Shown: one piece after another, positions 23,989-34,043 of the stretch
How positions within the stretch are numbered: position 1 is the stretch's first letter
Layout: the number at the start of each line of letters is the position of its first letter
Assembly (NCBI GenBank): GCA_016869195.1
Contig: VGET01000003.1
Location: 1 to 44,085, forward strand
Length of the DNA: 44,085 nt
Origin: Alphaproteobacteria bacterium
GTDB taxonomy: Bacteria; Pseudomonadota; Alphaproteobacteria; UBA828
Direction: 5' to 3'
The notes under the pieces: generated by a model
Told to the model about the DNA's origin: nothing
The model's input: only the letters and a program-made list of their open reading frames with translations
The model's database searches: none
Position numbers and translations under genes: made by a program

Positions 23989-25392
23989 ATGAGCAGCACC
24001 CTGATCACCGGCGGCACGATCATCGACTGCACGGGTGCGAAGCCGAAGAAGAACACCGCGATCTTCATCGAGAACGGGCGGATCGCCAAGATCGGTGCGA
24101 GCGATGCGCTCAAGGCACATGCGCTGAAGCGCGGCACACACAAGACGATCGATGCCGCGGGCATGACCGTGATGCCTGGCCTGATCGACGCGCACTGCCA
24201 TGTCTCCTATGGCGATATCGGCTCGGTCGAAGAGCTCGACCTCTACACCGGCGTCGAGTTCCGCGCGATTCGCGCGGCCTACAACGTCAAGAAGGTGCTG
24301 CGCGCGGGCGTCACCGCGATGTGCGACCCGGGCTCGACCTGGAATATCTCGGTCGCGGTGCGCGACGCCATCAATTGCGGCATGATCGAAGGCCCGCGCA
24401 TGGCCTCGGCCGGCCGCTACATCACGACGTTCAACGCGATCGGCTCGTTCTGGCCGACCTGGATGGAGCATCCGCGCTCCTCCTTCGCGGTGCTGTGCAA
24501 TACGCGCGACGAGATGATCACCGAGGTGCGCCGTGAGGTGAAGGAAGGCGTCGACATCGTCAAGGTCGCGGGCGATGGCGATGCGGTGCAGAGCCACGCG
24601 CGTGAATCCGAGGGGAGCCTGTCACTCGACGATCTGCGCGCGATCGCCGAAACTACCCACCGGCTCGGCCGGCGCTGCACCATTCACGCGCGCACCGGCG
24701 TGGTCGCGGCCGCGGCTGCCGAAGCCGGCTTCGACTGGCTGATCCACGCGTCCTATCTCAACGACGCGCAGCTCGCGACCATCCTGCGCACGAAAACACC
24801 GATCAACCCGACCTTGAGCCTGCTCGCCAATGCAGTCGACTGGGCGCCCGAGCTTGGCGCACCAACCGGTATGATCGATGCATACAAGCGCGAGCTTGAA
24901 GCCGCCGGCAAATGCCTCTCCAAGGCGCACAAGGAGGGCATCATGATGATGGCGGGCACCGACAGCGGCCAGGGCGCCGTGCCTTATGGCGAGTGGCATG
25001 CGCGCGAGCTCGAGCACCTGATGAACTATCTCGGCCTGAGCGCCATGGAGGCGCTGAAAGCGGGCACGATCAACGCCGCCTTCGCGACCGGCATGCAGGA
25101 TGAGATCGGCACGCTGACCGAGGGTAAGTTCGCGGACCTGCTCGTGGTCGATGGCGACCCGCTCGCCGACATCCAGGTGCTGCAGGCTAAGGCGCGACTC
25201 AAGGTGATCATGAAGGGCGGCGAGGTGGTGGACACCAAGACGCCGCTGCCGGAGCGCACGGTCTACGCCTGGGAAAAGCCGATGCTCTATTGGAACGACC
25301 CACGGCTGCCCGGCCAGGACTATGTGCGCGAGCACGCGGCCAAGAAGCCGGCCTGGATGAAGAAGAAGGAGACGCGGCGCGCGGCTGAGTGA
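23989..25392 (+). CDS. Metal-dependent amidohydrolase-superfamily protein
   Basis: GGTIID...PGLIDAHCHV (HxH metal motif), a later IHA and a GTDSG region are present. GGAGG SD. Confidence 0.7.
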   Translation: MSSTLITGGTIIDCTGAKPKKNTAIFIENGRIAKIGASDALKAHALKRGTHKTIDAAGMTVMPGLIDAHCHVSYGDIGSVEELDLYTGVEFRAIRAAYNVKKVLRAGVTAMCDPGSTWNISVAVRDAINCGMIEGPRMASAGRYITTFNAIGSFWPTWMEHPRSSFAVLCNTRDEMITEVRREVKEGVDIVKVAGDGDAVQSHARESEGSLSLDDLRAIAETTHRLGRRCTIHARTGVVAAAAAEAGFDWLIHASYLNDAQLATILRTKTPINPTLSLLANAVDWAPELGAPTGMIDAYKRELEAAGKCLSKAHKEGIMMMAGTDSGQGAVPYGEWHARELEHLMNYLGLSAMEALKAGTINAAFATGMQDEIGTLTEGKFADLLVVDGDPLADIQVLQAKARLKVIMKGGEVVDTKTPLPERTVYAWEKPMLYWNDPRLPGQDYVREHAAKKPAWMKKKETRRAAE

Positions 25393-25403
25393 TCGGCGCC
25401 GCC

Positions 25404-26180
25404 ATGCTCGACAGCAACCGGCTCGACGGCAAGGTCGCGGTCATCACCGGTGCGGCCGGTGAGATCGGCTTGGCGACCGCGCGCCTGATGGCGGCGCGAG
25501 GCGCGCGCGTCGTGGCGGTCGATTCCGATCGTGCCGCGCTCGCCAAATGCGCCGCCGCGCTCGGCCCAAAGGCGATCACGATCGAGGCGGATGTCAGCGA
25601 TGAAGAGTCGGTGAAGCGCTATGTCGGCCGCGCGCGCGACGAGGCCGGCGGCATTGACGTGTTCTTCAACAATGCCGGCATCGAGGGCCTGGTCGCGCCG
25701 ATCACCGACTATCCGCTCGCGGAGTTTCAGCGCGTCATGGCGGTGAACGTGATCGGCGTTATGCTCGGCATGAAGCACGTCATTCCGGTCATGATGGCGG
25801 GTGGCAAGGGCGGCGCGATCATCAACACCTCGAGCGTGGCGGGCCTCACCGGAACCCCGGGCGTCTCCGCCTACAATGCGAGCAAGCATGCCGTGATCGG
25901 GCTGACCCGGAGCGCGGCGGCCGAATGGGCCGCCAAGGGCATTCGCATCAACGCGGTCAACCCCGGCCCGATCGAATCGCGCATGATGCGCTCGCTCGAA
26001 GTGAGCCTGAGCCCAGACAATGTCGAAGGTATCAAGGCGCGCCTGCGCTCGCTGGTGCCGGCCGGGCGCTATGGCCTCGCCGAAGAGGTCGCGACGCTGG
26101 TCGCGTTTCTGGCGTCAGACGACGCCCGCTATCTACACGGCGGAGTCTATACGGTCGACGGCGCCTTCACCGCGACCTGA
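25404..26180 (+). CDS. SDR-family oxidoreductase
   Basis: TGAAGEIG cofactor motif, NNAG, and a YNASK catalytic motif are present. The ATG at 25404 lies just after the amidohydrolase stop. Confidence 0.8.
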   Translation: MLDSNRLDGKVAVITGAAGEIGLATARLMAARGARVVAVDSDRAALAKCAAALGPKAITIEADVSDEESVKRYVGRARDEAGGIDVFFNNAGIEGLVAPITDYPLAEFQRVMAVNVIGVMLGMKHVIPVMMAGGKGGAIINTSSVAGLTGTPGVSAYNASKHAVIGLTRSAAAEWAAKGIRINAVNPGPIESRMMRSLEVSLSPDNVEGIKARLRSLVPAGRYGLAEEVATLVAFLASDDARYLHGGVYTVDGAFTAT

Positions 26181-26187
26181 GAGCTGA

Positions 26188-26607
26188 TCAAGTGCCGGAC
26201 TGAATGCTCGCGCCCGCCGAGCCGAACCCGGCGCTCGTGTTGACCGTCATCGAATTGGTCGGGTTCGACATGCTGACCGAAGCCGATGCTCCGGTCGGGC
26301 CGGCGGCGGCGTTCGCCGTTACATTCCCGGTGCTGAGCGACACGGCCTGCGGGCCCGGGCCCTGCGCCGTGATTGGCGGATTGTCACCGACCTGGACCGA
26401 CGCGGTGTTGCCCGGCGGCAGTGCCTTGAGCAGCGCACCGAGCCCGCTGAAGAAGCCGAGCCCGTTCTGGCCCAGCTGCTCGGCCGAGAGCTTGGGTCCC
26501 AGCAGGCGGAACGGATCGAGCGGATCACCCGCTTTGGCACCGACCACCGGCGCGGCCGCCACGGCCGCAAGCGCACCGATCGAGGCGATGAGGGGCAGGA
26601 GTTTCAT
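26188..26607 (-). CDS. Small secreted protein of unknown function, Gly/Ser/Thr/Ala/Asn-rich (paralog 1)
   Basis: ATG at 26607 follows AAGGAG. The signal peptide MKLLPLIASIGALAAVAAAPVVGAKA is present. It shares the block LL.ALPPGNT..VQ.GDNPP....G.GPQ with 26711..27136. Confidence 0.6.
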   Translation of the reverse strand: MKLLPLIASIGALAAVAAAPVVGAKAGDPLDPFRLLGPKLSAEQLGQNGLGFFSGLGALLKALPPGNTASVQVGDNPPITAQGPGPQAVSLSTGNVTANAAAGPTGASASVSMSNPTNSMTVNTSAGFGSAGASIQSGT

Positions 26608-26710
26608 GACACGCTCCTTCAACAATCCAGCGGGCCTCCGGGCGGGCGACCGGCCGTTTCCGGACTGATCGTGACTCCGTGAGGCAGTCGGCGCAAGGGG
26701 CTGTCAACCG

Positions 26711-27136
26711 TCAAAACCGGGTGCCGAAGCTCCGGCTGCGCGAGAACGAGCTGGACCGGAGGAAGCCCGTGCAGCAGGACGAGGTCACCCCGGTTGAGAC
26801 CGAGGTCGCCCCGCTCGAGCTTGCCGTGGCGGTGCCGGTCGCGCCGCCGCGCGTGACCGTGATGGTCTGCGGGCCTGCACCGCTGCTGCCTTCCGGCGGG
26901 TTGTCACCGATCTGCACGGCGACAGTGTTTCCAGGCGGCAGCGCGGCCAGCAAAGCGGCCAGCGCCGGCGAAAGGCCCGCGCCTCGTTGATCGCTCATTT
27001 CATTATCGGTCAGGAGCGCTGCGTCTACGCCGACGCGTGACGCCAGGTCCTGACTCGCGGCGCCGACGCCTCCCGTCGGTCCAGCGACCACTGCGGCAAT
27101 CAGCGTGAGGTATGCTGCCAGTGACACGGTTCGCAT
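26711..27136 (-). CDS. Small secreted protein of unknown function (paralog 2)
   Basis: ATG at 27136 follows GGAGGG. A hydrophobic signal-like N-terminus is present, along with the same conserved ALPPGNTVAVQIGDNPP block. The C-terminal tail diverges and is Ser/Arg-rich. Confidence 0.55.
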   Translation of the reverse strand: MRTVSLAAYLTLIAAVVAGPTGGVGAASQDLASRVGVDAALLTDNEMSDQRGAGLSPALAALLAALPPGNTVAVQIGDNPPEGSSGAGPQTITVTRGGATGTATASSSGATSVSTGVTSSCCTGFLRSSSFSRSRSFGTRF

Positions 27137-27231
27137 GGCGCCCTCCGTCACGGGTTCGTCGGAGACCAGGATAAGATCATGAACCCGGCGACCGGCGCGG
27201 GCAAATCACAAACCTGATACGCTGCCGGGAC

Positions 27232-28431
27232 TCACCGAGATGGTGCGGTGCCGGTGGCCACGGCGGGAGGTCTTGGCAGCGCCAGCGTCGCCAAGAGGCC
27301 GACGAGCCCAACCAGAGCGGCGATCAGCACGGCAAGCGCATAGTCACCCTTAAGGTCGTGCAGTGCGCCGGCGATCGGTGGCGCAACGAGGCCGGCGACG
27401 CCATAGGCCGTGCACACCCGACCGTAGACGGTGGGCAGACGCGCCATGTCGTAGAAGCTTGCCAAGGTAACGGGATATCCCGTGGTGCCGGCGCCGAAGG
27501 CGGCGCCGACGCAGGCCAGTGTGAGGAGGCTGATTGCCGCGCTCGGTGCGGCATAGAGCAGAAAGAGCGGTGCGGCGGTGAGCACCGCCATGCCGAGCAA
27601 CACGATACGCCCGCCGAAAATCTTGCTCAGATAGCCTGCCGCCAATGCGCCCGCGATATAGCCCAGATTGACCAGCATAGCGCCGAGATAGGTTTCGCTC
27701 TCCGGCAACCCGTAGTCGGTGGCGATGCCGGCGGCGTGGCTCACCACCATCAAGCCGCCGATGCTAAGCAGCACAAAATTGAGCCACATGGCGATGACCA
27801 CGCGCGGCCGTTCGGTGAAGAAGTTCTGGAACAGGCCTTCCGTGGCCTTGTCCGCCCGCGGCACCGCGGCGCCGGAGCGCTGCAACAGAACCGCACACAG
27901 AAGCCCGGCACCGAGCAGGATGGCAGCGACCACGCCGAGCGTGCCGTGCGGCCCGAGCGCCGCAAGCAAGGGTGTCATGATGCCCGGCCAAACCAAGCCA
28001 CCGACCACGAAGGCCGAGGTGGTGAGCCCAAGCGCAATGGAATGCCGGATTGGAAGCTCGATGCTAACAGCCGCAAGGCAGAGGAAATAGTTGACCCCAA
28101 CGGCAAGGCCGAACAACACGCCGTAGCCGATGATCAGCGTAGCGTAGCTTTCGATCAGCCCGGCGAGCCCAACGCCAATGGCCATCATCAGCGTCACGCC
28201 CAGCGCCACCACCGGCAGGCGTGCCAGGCGGAACACGCTGGCCGCAACAAACATGCCGACCGTGAAGCCGACGATGGCGACCGAGAACACGGCACTGACC
28301 GTCGCCCGGCTCGCGTCCAGACTCTGCTCGAGTGGTGCAACCAGCACGCTCCAGCCTTAGAGCGAGCCGCCGCAGAAATTGAGGATCACGGCGGCGACCA
28401 GCGCAAGCAGGGGCACGGTATGCTTTGGCAC
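27232..28431 (-). pseudogene. MFS transporter (oxalate/formate-antiporter-like) with an in-frame TAA at 28357-28359
   Basis: The 371-codon ORF is multi-TM and hydrophobic. Reading upstream in the same frame gives VPKHTVPLLALVAAVILNFCGGSL-TAA-GWSVLVAPLEQ. That stretch is the missing TM1, with the stop where the family motif G.xYxWSV has Tyr. Confidence 0.65.
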
Positions 28432-28453
28432 GACGCTGACTCTTCGGGGTGCG

Positions 28454-28467
28454 AGATTGTATCTAGG
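28454..28467. promoter_or_regulatory. AGATTGTATCTAGG motif just upstream of the MFS gene
   Basis: It shares the 9-mer AGATTGTAT with 29212-29220. It lies between the GntR stop (28488) and the MFS start (28431). Confidence 0.45.
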
Positions 28468-28487
28468 TCGTGACCAAGGACTGCGTG

Positions 28488-29165
28488 TTACCCGTGATTC
28501 GGCGCGAGCTGTAAGAGGCGCTCGCACGATTTGCGGATGTGCTCGGCGCAGAGCCGGCCAACCTCTTCGGCCGAGCCCAACCGAAACTGATCGAGGATGC
28601 GCCGATGCTCGGCCGGCGCCTGGGCCAGATAGTCACCGAGATTGAGCTCGATGCGGATATAGGGCTCGAGCTGGTCGCGCGTCTGCGAGAGCAGGCGGCA
28701 CAGGCTCTTCCGGCCGCTGATGGCGAACAGCCGCGTGTGGAACGCGCGATGCTGCGCCACCCAAGCCGCCAGCGCCGCCTGATCGCCGCCACGTCCCAGC
28801 GCGCCCAGCCGGTCCATCTCGTTGAGGATGGCTTCGAGCGCGGAAACATCGGCGGGCGTGCGCCGGCGCGTCGCCTCGATCGCCGCCAGGGCCTCCAGGC
28901 GCTCGCAGATATCGGCGATGTCCCGAATCTCATCGGCCGAGAGCGCAACCACGGCATAGCCACGGCGCGGCCTCAGCACCACGAGCCCTTCCGATTCAAG
29001 CCGCGTCAACGCCTCGCGCACCGGCACGCGGCTGACATTGAGCGATTTCGCGATCTCCTCCTGCCGCAGCGGCACGCCGGCGGCGTACGTTCCGTCGAGG
29101 ATGCGATCGCGCAGATGGCTGTAGACCACCTCCGGCAAGCTCGGCACGCTGCGCTGAAGCTGCAT
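28488..29165 (-). CDS. GntR-family (FCD subfamily) transcriptional regulator
   Basis: ATG at 29165. The HTH segment LRQEEIAKSLNVSRVPVREALTRLESEGLV is followed by a helical effector domain. It is divergent from the L-S-M operon. Confidence 0.75.
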   Translation of the reverse strand: MQLQRSVPSLPEVVYSHLRDRILDGTYAAGVPLRQEEIAKSLNVSRVPVREALTRLESEGLVVLRPRRGYAVVALSADEIRDIADICERLEALAAIEATRRRTPADVSALEAILNEMDRLGALGRGGDQAALAAWVAQHRAFHTRLFAISGRKSLCRLLSQTRDQLEPYIRIELNLGDYLAQAPAEHRRILDQFRLGSAEEVGRLCAEHIRKSCERLLQLAPNHG

Positions 29166-29211
29166 TGTGTCAATTCCCAACAGCGACTCGCGTTGCAATC
29201 GGTCGGCCTGT

Positions 29212-29222
29212 AGATTGTATAC
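29212..29222. promoter_or_regulatory. AGATTGTATAC motif in the GntR / L-S-M divergent region
   Basis: It contains the palindrome GTATAC and a T.GT...AC core resembling GntR/FadR-type operators. Confidence 0.45.
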
Positions 29223-29282
29223 GGTTTGGTTCGGGCTGTTGCGCAAATTCGCCAGTCGTCAGGGCAAACAGGGGAGGGTGAC

Positions 29283-31649
29283 ATGTACGTGGGGCAGCCG
29301 ATCCGGCGGCGTGAGGACGTGCGTTTCCTCACCGGCCGCGGGCTTTTCGTTGACGACGTCCAGATGACTCAGCCAATCGCGCACGCGGCGTTCCTCAGGA
29401 GCCCGCACGCGCATGCCAAGATCCGCTCGATCAAGACCGAGCGCGCGCGCGGGCTTCCCGGCGTGCTCACGGTTCTGACCGGGGCGGACTGGGTGCGCCA
29501 GGGCCATGGCGAGGCCGACGGCGTGTGGCCGGTCAATGATCGCAGCGGCAAGCCTGCGCGCACGGTGAACCGGCCGTTCATCTGCGTCGACAACGTCGTT
29601 CGCTGCGTCGGCGAGATCGTTGCCATGGTGGTGGCGGAGGACCGGCACCAGGCGCTCGATGCCTGCGAGGCGATCGAGGTGGATTACGAGCCGCTCCCCG
29701 CCAACGTCGTTACCGCCAAGGCGCTCGACGCCGGCACGCCCCTCGTCCATCCCAAGTTCGGCACCAATGAGGTGCTCGAGACCTATCACGGCAACAAGGC
29801 GGTGGTGGACGAGGCGTTCAAGAAGGCGCACCACATCACCAAGCTCGAAGTGCCGACCAACCGCGTGACCGCCTCACCGATCGAGCCGCGCGCCTATATG
29901 GGCCATTACGACCCGCTGAATGATCGCTACACGGTGTGGACGACGCACCAGGCGCCGCACATCGTGCGCCAGTATTTCACGCGCTCGCTGCATATTCCCG
30001 AGCACAAGCTGCGCGTGGTTGCGCCGGATGTCGGCGGCGGCTTCGGCATGAAGCTCTATCACTATCCGGAAGAGCCGCTCGTGCTGTGGGGTGCGATCGA
30101 GACCGAGCGTCCGGTGAAGTGGACCGGTACGCGTTCCGAATGCCTGATGGGCGACACCCACGCGCGCGACCACTACACCGTCGGCGAGATGGCGTTCGAC
30201 AAGGGCGGCAAGATCCTTGCCATGCGCTTCAAGACGCTGGCCGCGTTCGGCGCCTATGAGAGCCAGTGGCAGGCCTCGATCACCAACGCCTATCACTTCA
30301 CCATGCTCTCGCTCGCCTATGACATTCCAGGCATTTTCACGCAGGTGAAGGGCGTCTACACCAATTGCACGCCGGTCGACGCCTATCGCGGCGCCGGGCG
30401 GCCCGAAACCGTCTATCAGGTCGAGCGCCTGATCGAGAACGGCGCGAAGGAGATGGGGATCGATCCCTTCGAGTTGCGCCAGAAGAATGCGATCCCGCCC
30501 GAGAAGATTCCCTACACGACAGCGATCGGCATCACCTATGACTCAGGGGATCCGCCCGAGCTGTTCCGCAAGATGAAGAAGCTCTGCAATTACGAGGCGC
30601 TGCGCGAGGAGCAGAAGAAGCTCCGTGCTCAGGGCATCTGTATGGGCATCGGCATTTGCGGCTTCTTCGACATGGCGGGCGCCGGCCCGGTCAAGATGAT
30701 GAACGACCTCGGCGCCAAGATCGGCTGCTATGACGTGGCCAGCGTGCGCGTGCACCCGTCCGGCAAGATCACGGTCTTCGCCGGCTCGCACAGCCACGGC
30801 CAGAGCCACGCAACGACTTGGACACAGATCGCTGCCGATCGCCTCGGCATCCCGATCGAGGACATCGAGCTGGTGGAGGGCGATACCGACCGTGTGCCGT
30901 TCGGCATCGGCACCTGGGGCTCGCGCTCGCTCTCGACCGCCGGCGTTGCGGTTGCGGTCGCGGCCGGTCGCGTGATCGAGAAGGCCAAGAAGCTCGCCGC
31001 CCACATGCTCGAATGTGCGCCGAGCGATCTTGTGATCGAGAACGGCCAGTTCATCGTCAAGGGCACCGACAAGAAGATCGCCTTCGCGGAGGTGTCGAAT
31101 GCCGCCTATCATTCGGGCGATCGGCCGAAGGGCCTCGAGATCGGCCTTGAGGAGACCGCGTTCTACGACCCGACCGATTGCACCTATCCGTCGGCGGTGC
31201 ATCTCTGCGTCGTCATCGTCGACCCGGAAACCGGCCACGTGAAGCTGCGCAATTACTGGTCGGTCGACGATGTCGGCCGGGTGATCAACCCGATGGTGTT
31301 CGAGGGTCAGGTTCATGGCGGCTGCACGCAAGGCATCGGGCAGGCGCTGATGGAAGAGTGCGCCTATGACCCCTCGAGCGGGCAATATCTCTCTGGCACC
31401 TTCATGGACTACGCAATCCCGCACGCGACCGACATCCCGATGTTTGGGGTTGAATCGCACGTGACGCTCACGCCCTCCAATCCGCTCGGCGCCAAGGGCG
31501 GCGGCGAATCGGGCACGATCGCGGCTCCTGCTTGCATTTCCAACGGCGTGATCGACGCGCTCTACCACTTCGGCATCAGGCAGATCACCCAGCCGATGAC
31601 GCCGAAGAAAATCTGGCGCGCGATTCAAGACGCCAAGGCCGGGCGCTGA
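29283..31649 (+). CDS. Molybdopterin-binding large subunit, xanthine dehydrogenase family (form-II-CoxL-like loop AYRGAGRPE)
   Basis: ATG at 29283 follows [27 protein letters not shown]-terminus, VGGGFGMK and [10 protein letters not shown] are present. Confidence 0.85.
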   Translation: MYVGQPIRRREDVRFLTGRGLFVDDVQMTQPIAHAAFLRSPHAHAKIRSIKTERARGLPGVLTVLTGADWVRQGHGEADGVWPVNDRSGKPARTVNRPFICVDNVVRCVGEIVAMVVAEDRHQALDACEAIEVDYEPLPANVVTAKALDAGTPLVHPKFGTNEVLETYHGNKAVVDEAFKKAHHITKLEVPTNRVTASPIEPRAYMGHYDPLNDRYTVWTTHQAPHIVRQYFTRSLHIPEHKLRVVAPDVGGGFGMKLYHYPEEPLVLWGAIETERPVKWTGTRSECLMGDTHARDHYTVGEMAFDKGGKILAMRFKTLAAFGAYESQWQASITNAYHFTMLSLAYDIPGIFTQVKGVYTNCTPVDAYRGAGRPETVYQVERLIENGAKEMGIDPFELRQKNAIPPEKIPYTTAIGITYDSGDPPELFRKMKKLCNYEALREEQKKLRAQGICMGIGICGFFDMAGAGPVKMMNDLGAKIGCYDVASVRVHPSGKITVFAGSHSHGQSHATTWTQIAADRLGIPIEDIELVEGDTDRVPFGIGTWGSRSLSTAGVAVAVAAGRVIEKAKKLAAHMLECAPSDLVIENGQFIVKGTDKKIAFAEVSNAAYHSGDRPKGLEIGLEETAFYDPTDCTYPSAVHLCVVIVDPETGHVKLRNYWSVDDVGRVINPMVFEGQVHGGCTQGIGQALMEECAYDPSSGQYLSGTFMDYAIPHATDIPMFGVESHVTLTPSNPLGAKGGGESGTIAAPACISNGVIDALYHFGIRQITQPMTPKKIWRAIQDAKAGR

Positions 31650-31663
31650 GGGGAGGACCGATC

Positions 31664-32143
<480 letters not shown>

Positions 32144-32154
32144 GGGAGGGAACG

Positions 32155-32946
32155 ATGTACGCCTTCAATTATCATCGCCCCGCCTCGGTTGCCGAGGCGG
32201 TGAAGATTCTCAAGGCCTCGTCGGACGGGCGCTGCCTCGCAGGCGGCATGAGCCTGATCCCGACCATGAAGCATCGCCTGAGCTCGTCCTCCGACCTGAT
32301 CGATCTCAACGGCATCAAGGAGCTTTCCTACATCCGGCGCGAGGGCGATCAGCTCGTCATCGGCGCGCTTGCGCGCCATGTCGAGATCGCGGATTCGGCC
32401 GAGGTGAAGAAGTCGATTCCCGCGCTCGCCGCACTGGCGGGCGGCGTCGGTGATCCACAAGTGAGGAATCGCGGCACGTTCTGCGGCTCGCTCTGCTTCG
32501 CCGATCCCGCCGCCGATTGCCCGGCCGGGCTCGTCGGCCTCAACGGCACGGTGATCACCGACAAGCGGCGCATCGCGGCCGATCAGTTCTTCGAGGGCCT
32601 CTATGAAACCGCGCTCGAGAAGGGCGAGATCGTCACCGGCGTGAGCTTCCCGATCCCTGAGAAGGCAGGCTGGGCGAAGTTCGCCAACCTGGCCTCGCGC
32701 TACGCCATCGTCGCCGTCATGGTGGCGAAGACGGGCGGCACCGCGCGTGTCGCCGTCACCGGCGCGAAGGCCAGCGTCTTCCGCGTGGCAGAGATGGAGG
32801 CGGCGCTGGCCAAGAACTTCTCGGCTGCCGCGCTCGACGGCATCAAGGTGTCATCTGCCGGCATGAACGGCGATCTGCACGGCGACCCGGACTATCGGGC
32901 GAATTTGGTCTCAGTCATGGCCAAGCGAGCGGTTCAGGCGAGCTAA
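32155..32946 (+). CDS. FAD-binding medium subunit (CoxM-like)
   Basis: FNYHRPASVAEAV, AGGMSLIP and RNRGTFCGSL motifs are present. Confidence 0.8.
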   Translation: MYAFNYHRPASVAEAVKILKASSDGRCLAGGMSLIPTMKHRLSSSSDLIDLNGIKELSYIRREGDQLVIGALARHVEIADSAEVKKSIPALAALAGGVGDPQVRNRGTFCGSLCFADPAADCPAGLVGLNGTVITDKRRIAADQFFEGLYETALEKGEIVTGVSFPIPEKAGWAKFANLASRYAIVAVMVAKTGGTARVAVTGAKASVFRVAEMEAALAKNFSAAALDGIKVSSAGMNGDLHGDPDYRANLVSVMAKRAVQAS

Positions 32947-32959
32947 ACCCGGTGTCAAA

Positions 32960-33109
32960 TCCCTCCCCCGCGAGGGGGAGGGACTTTGGGAGGGGGAGAT
33001 CCCTTGGCGGGCGTGCAGCCGGCCCGCTATGCTTGGTGCGCAACAAGCGTGCTCCGCCCGCTCTCGGTTTCTCCCTCCAACCCAACCCCTCCTCCCTCTG
33101 GGCGGGAGG
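32960..33109. repeat. GC-rich palindromic (REP-like) element, copy C
   Basis: TCCCTCCCCC-gcga-GGGGGAGGGA at 32960-32983. CCTCCC (33091-33096) pairs with GGGAGG (33104-33109). A CAACCCAACCCCTCC tract resembles the reverse complement of the tail of copy A. Confidence 0.7.
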
Positions 33110-33125
33110 AAGGCCTATCCCACCG

Positions 33126-34043
33126 ATGCTCGCGCCCCCGCCCTCGGTCGAAGCAATCCACTTGCTCCTTGCTCAAGGCAGATATGTTTGTGACAAAGCG
33201 CTCGCCACGACGTTGCACCTCGCGCTCTCACTGTCCCGCCCCCTTCTGATCGAAGGCAAGGTCGGCGTCGGCAAGACGGCGCTGGCGCGCGCGCTGGCTT
33301 CCGGTCTGGGGCGGCGGCTGGTTGCGCTCCATTGCCACGAGGGCATCGACCTCGCGAGCGCGGTCTATGAGTGGAACGTGCCGGCGCAGCTCTTGGCGCT
33401 GCGCCTGCTGCAATCGAAGAAGAGCGTGACGCCGGACGAGACGCCCGAGCTGTTCTCGCCGCGCTATCTCATCCGCCGGCCGCTCTTGGAGGCGCTGAGA
33501 CCCGACACTTCCGGCGCGCCGGTGTTGCTGATCGACGAGGTCGATCGGGCGGACCCGGCGTTCGAGGCCTATGTGCTCGAGTTTCTGGCGGAGTTCGCGG
33601 TCTCGGTGCCCGAGGCCGGGCGCTTCGAGGCCACGGAACCGCCGATCGTGATCATTACCTCGAATCAGACACGGCCGGTGTCGGACGCACTGAAGCGACG
33701 CTGCCTCTATCACTTTATCGCCGCGCCTGACGCCGCAACCGAGCGCGCCATTCTGGAGGCGCGCGCGCCCGGCGCAATCGAGCGCCTAAGCCAGGCCGTG
33801 GTCGATGCGGTCCGGCGCGTGCAGAAGAGCTCGAACGCCGAGCTCGGCAATGTCGCCGATGCGATGGCCTGGACCAACACGCTTTTCCATATCGACCGCA
33901 CCGAGCTCGACCCGGATCGCGTGAGCGCGATCCTCAACCTCATCCTGAAGTACCAGGACGACATGCTGCGGGCCGAGGGCGCGGAAGTCGGCGAGGTGGT
34001 CAAGCGCATCCGCGCCGAGGTCGCCGCGATGGAGGCGACATGA
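33126..34043 (+). CDS. MoxR-family AAA+ ATPase (CoxD-like), second copy
   Basis: ATG at 33126. Walker A GKVGVGKT and Walker B VLLIDEVDRA are present. The ORF-track N-terminal extension (32952-33125) is a translation of the repeat element. Confidence 0.75.
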   Translation: MLAPPPSVEAIHLLLAQGRYVCDKALATTLHLALSLSRPLLIEGKVGVGKTALARALASGLGRRLVALHCHEGIDLASAVYEWNVPAQLLALRLLQSKKSVTPDETPELFSPRYLIRRPLLEALRPDTSGAPVLLIDEVDRADPAFEAYVLEFLAEFAVSVPEAGRFEATEPPIVIITSNQTRPVSDALKRRCLYHFIAAPDAATERAILEARAPGAIERLSQAVVDAVRRVQKSSNAELGNVADAMAWTNTLFHIDRTELDPDRVSAILNLILKYQDDMLRAEGAEVGEVVKRIRAEVAAMEAT

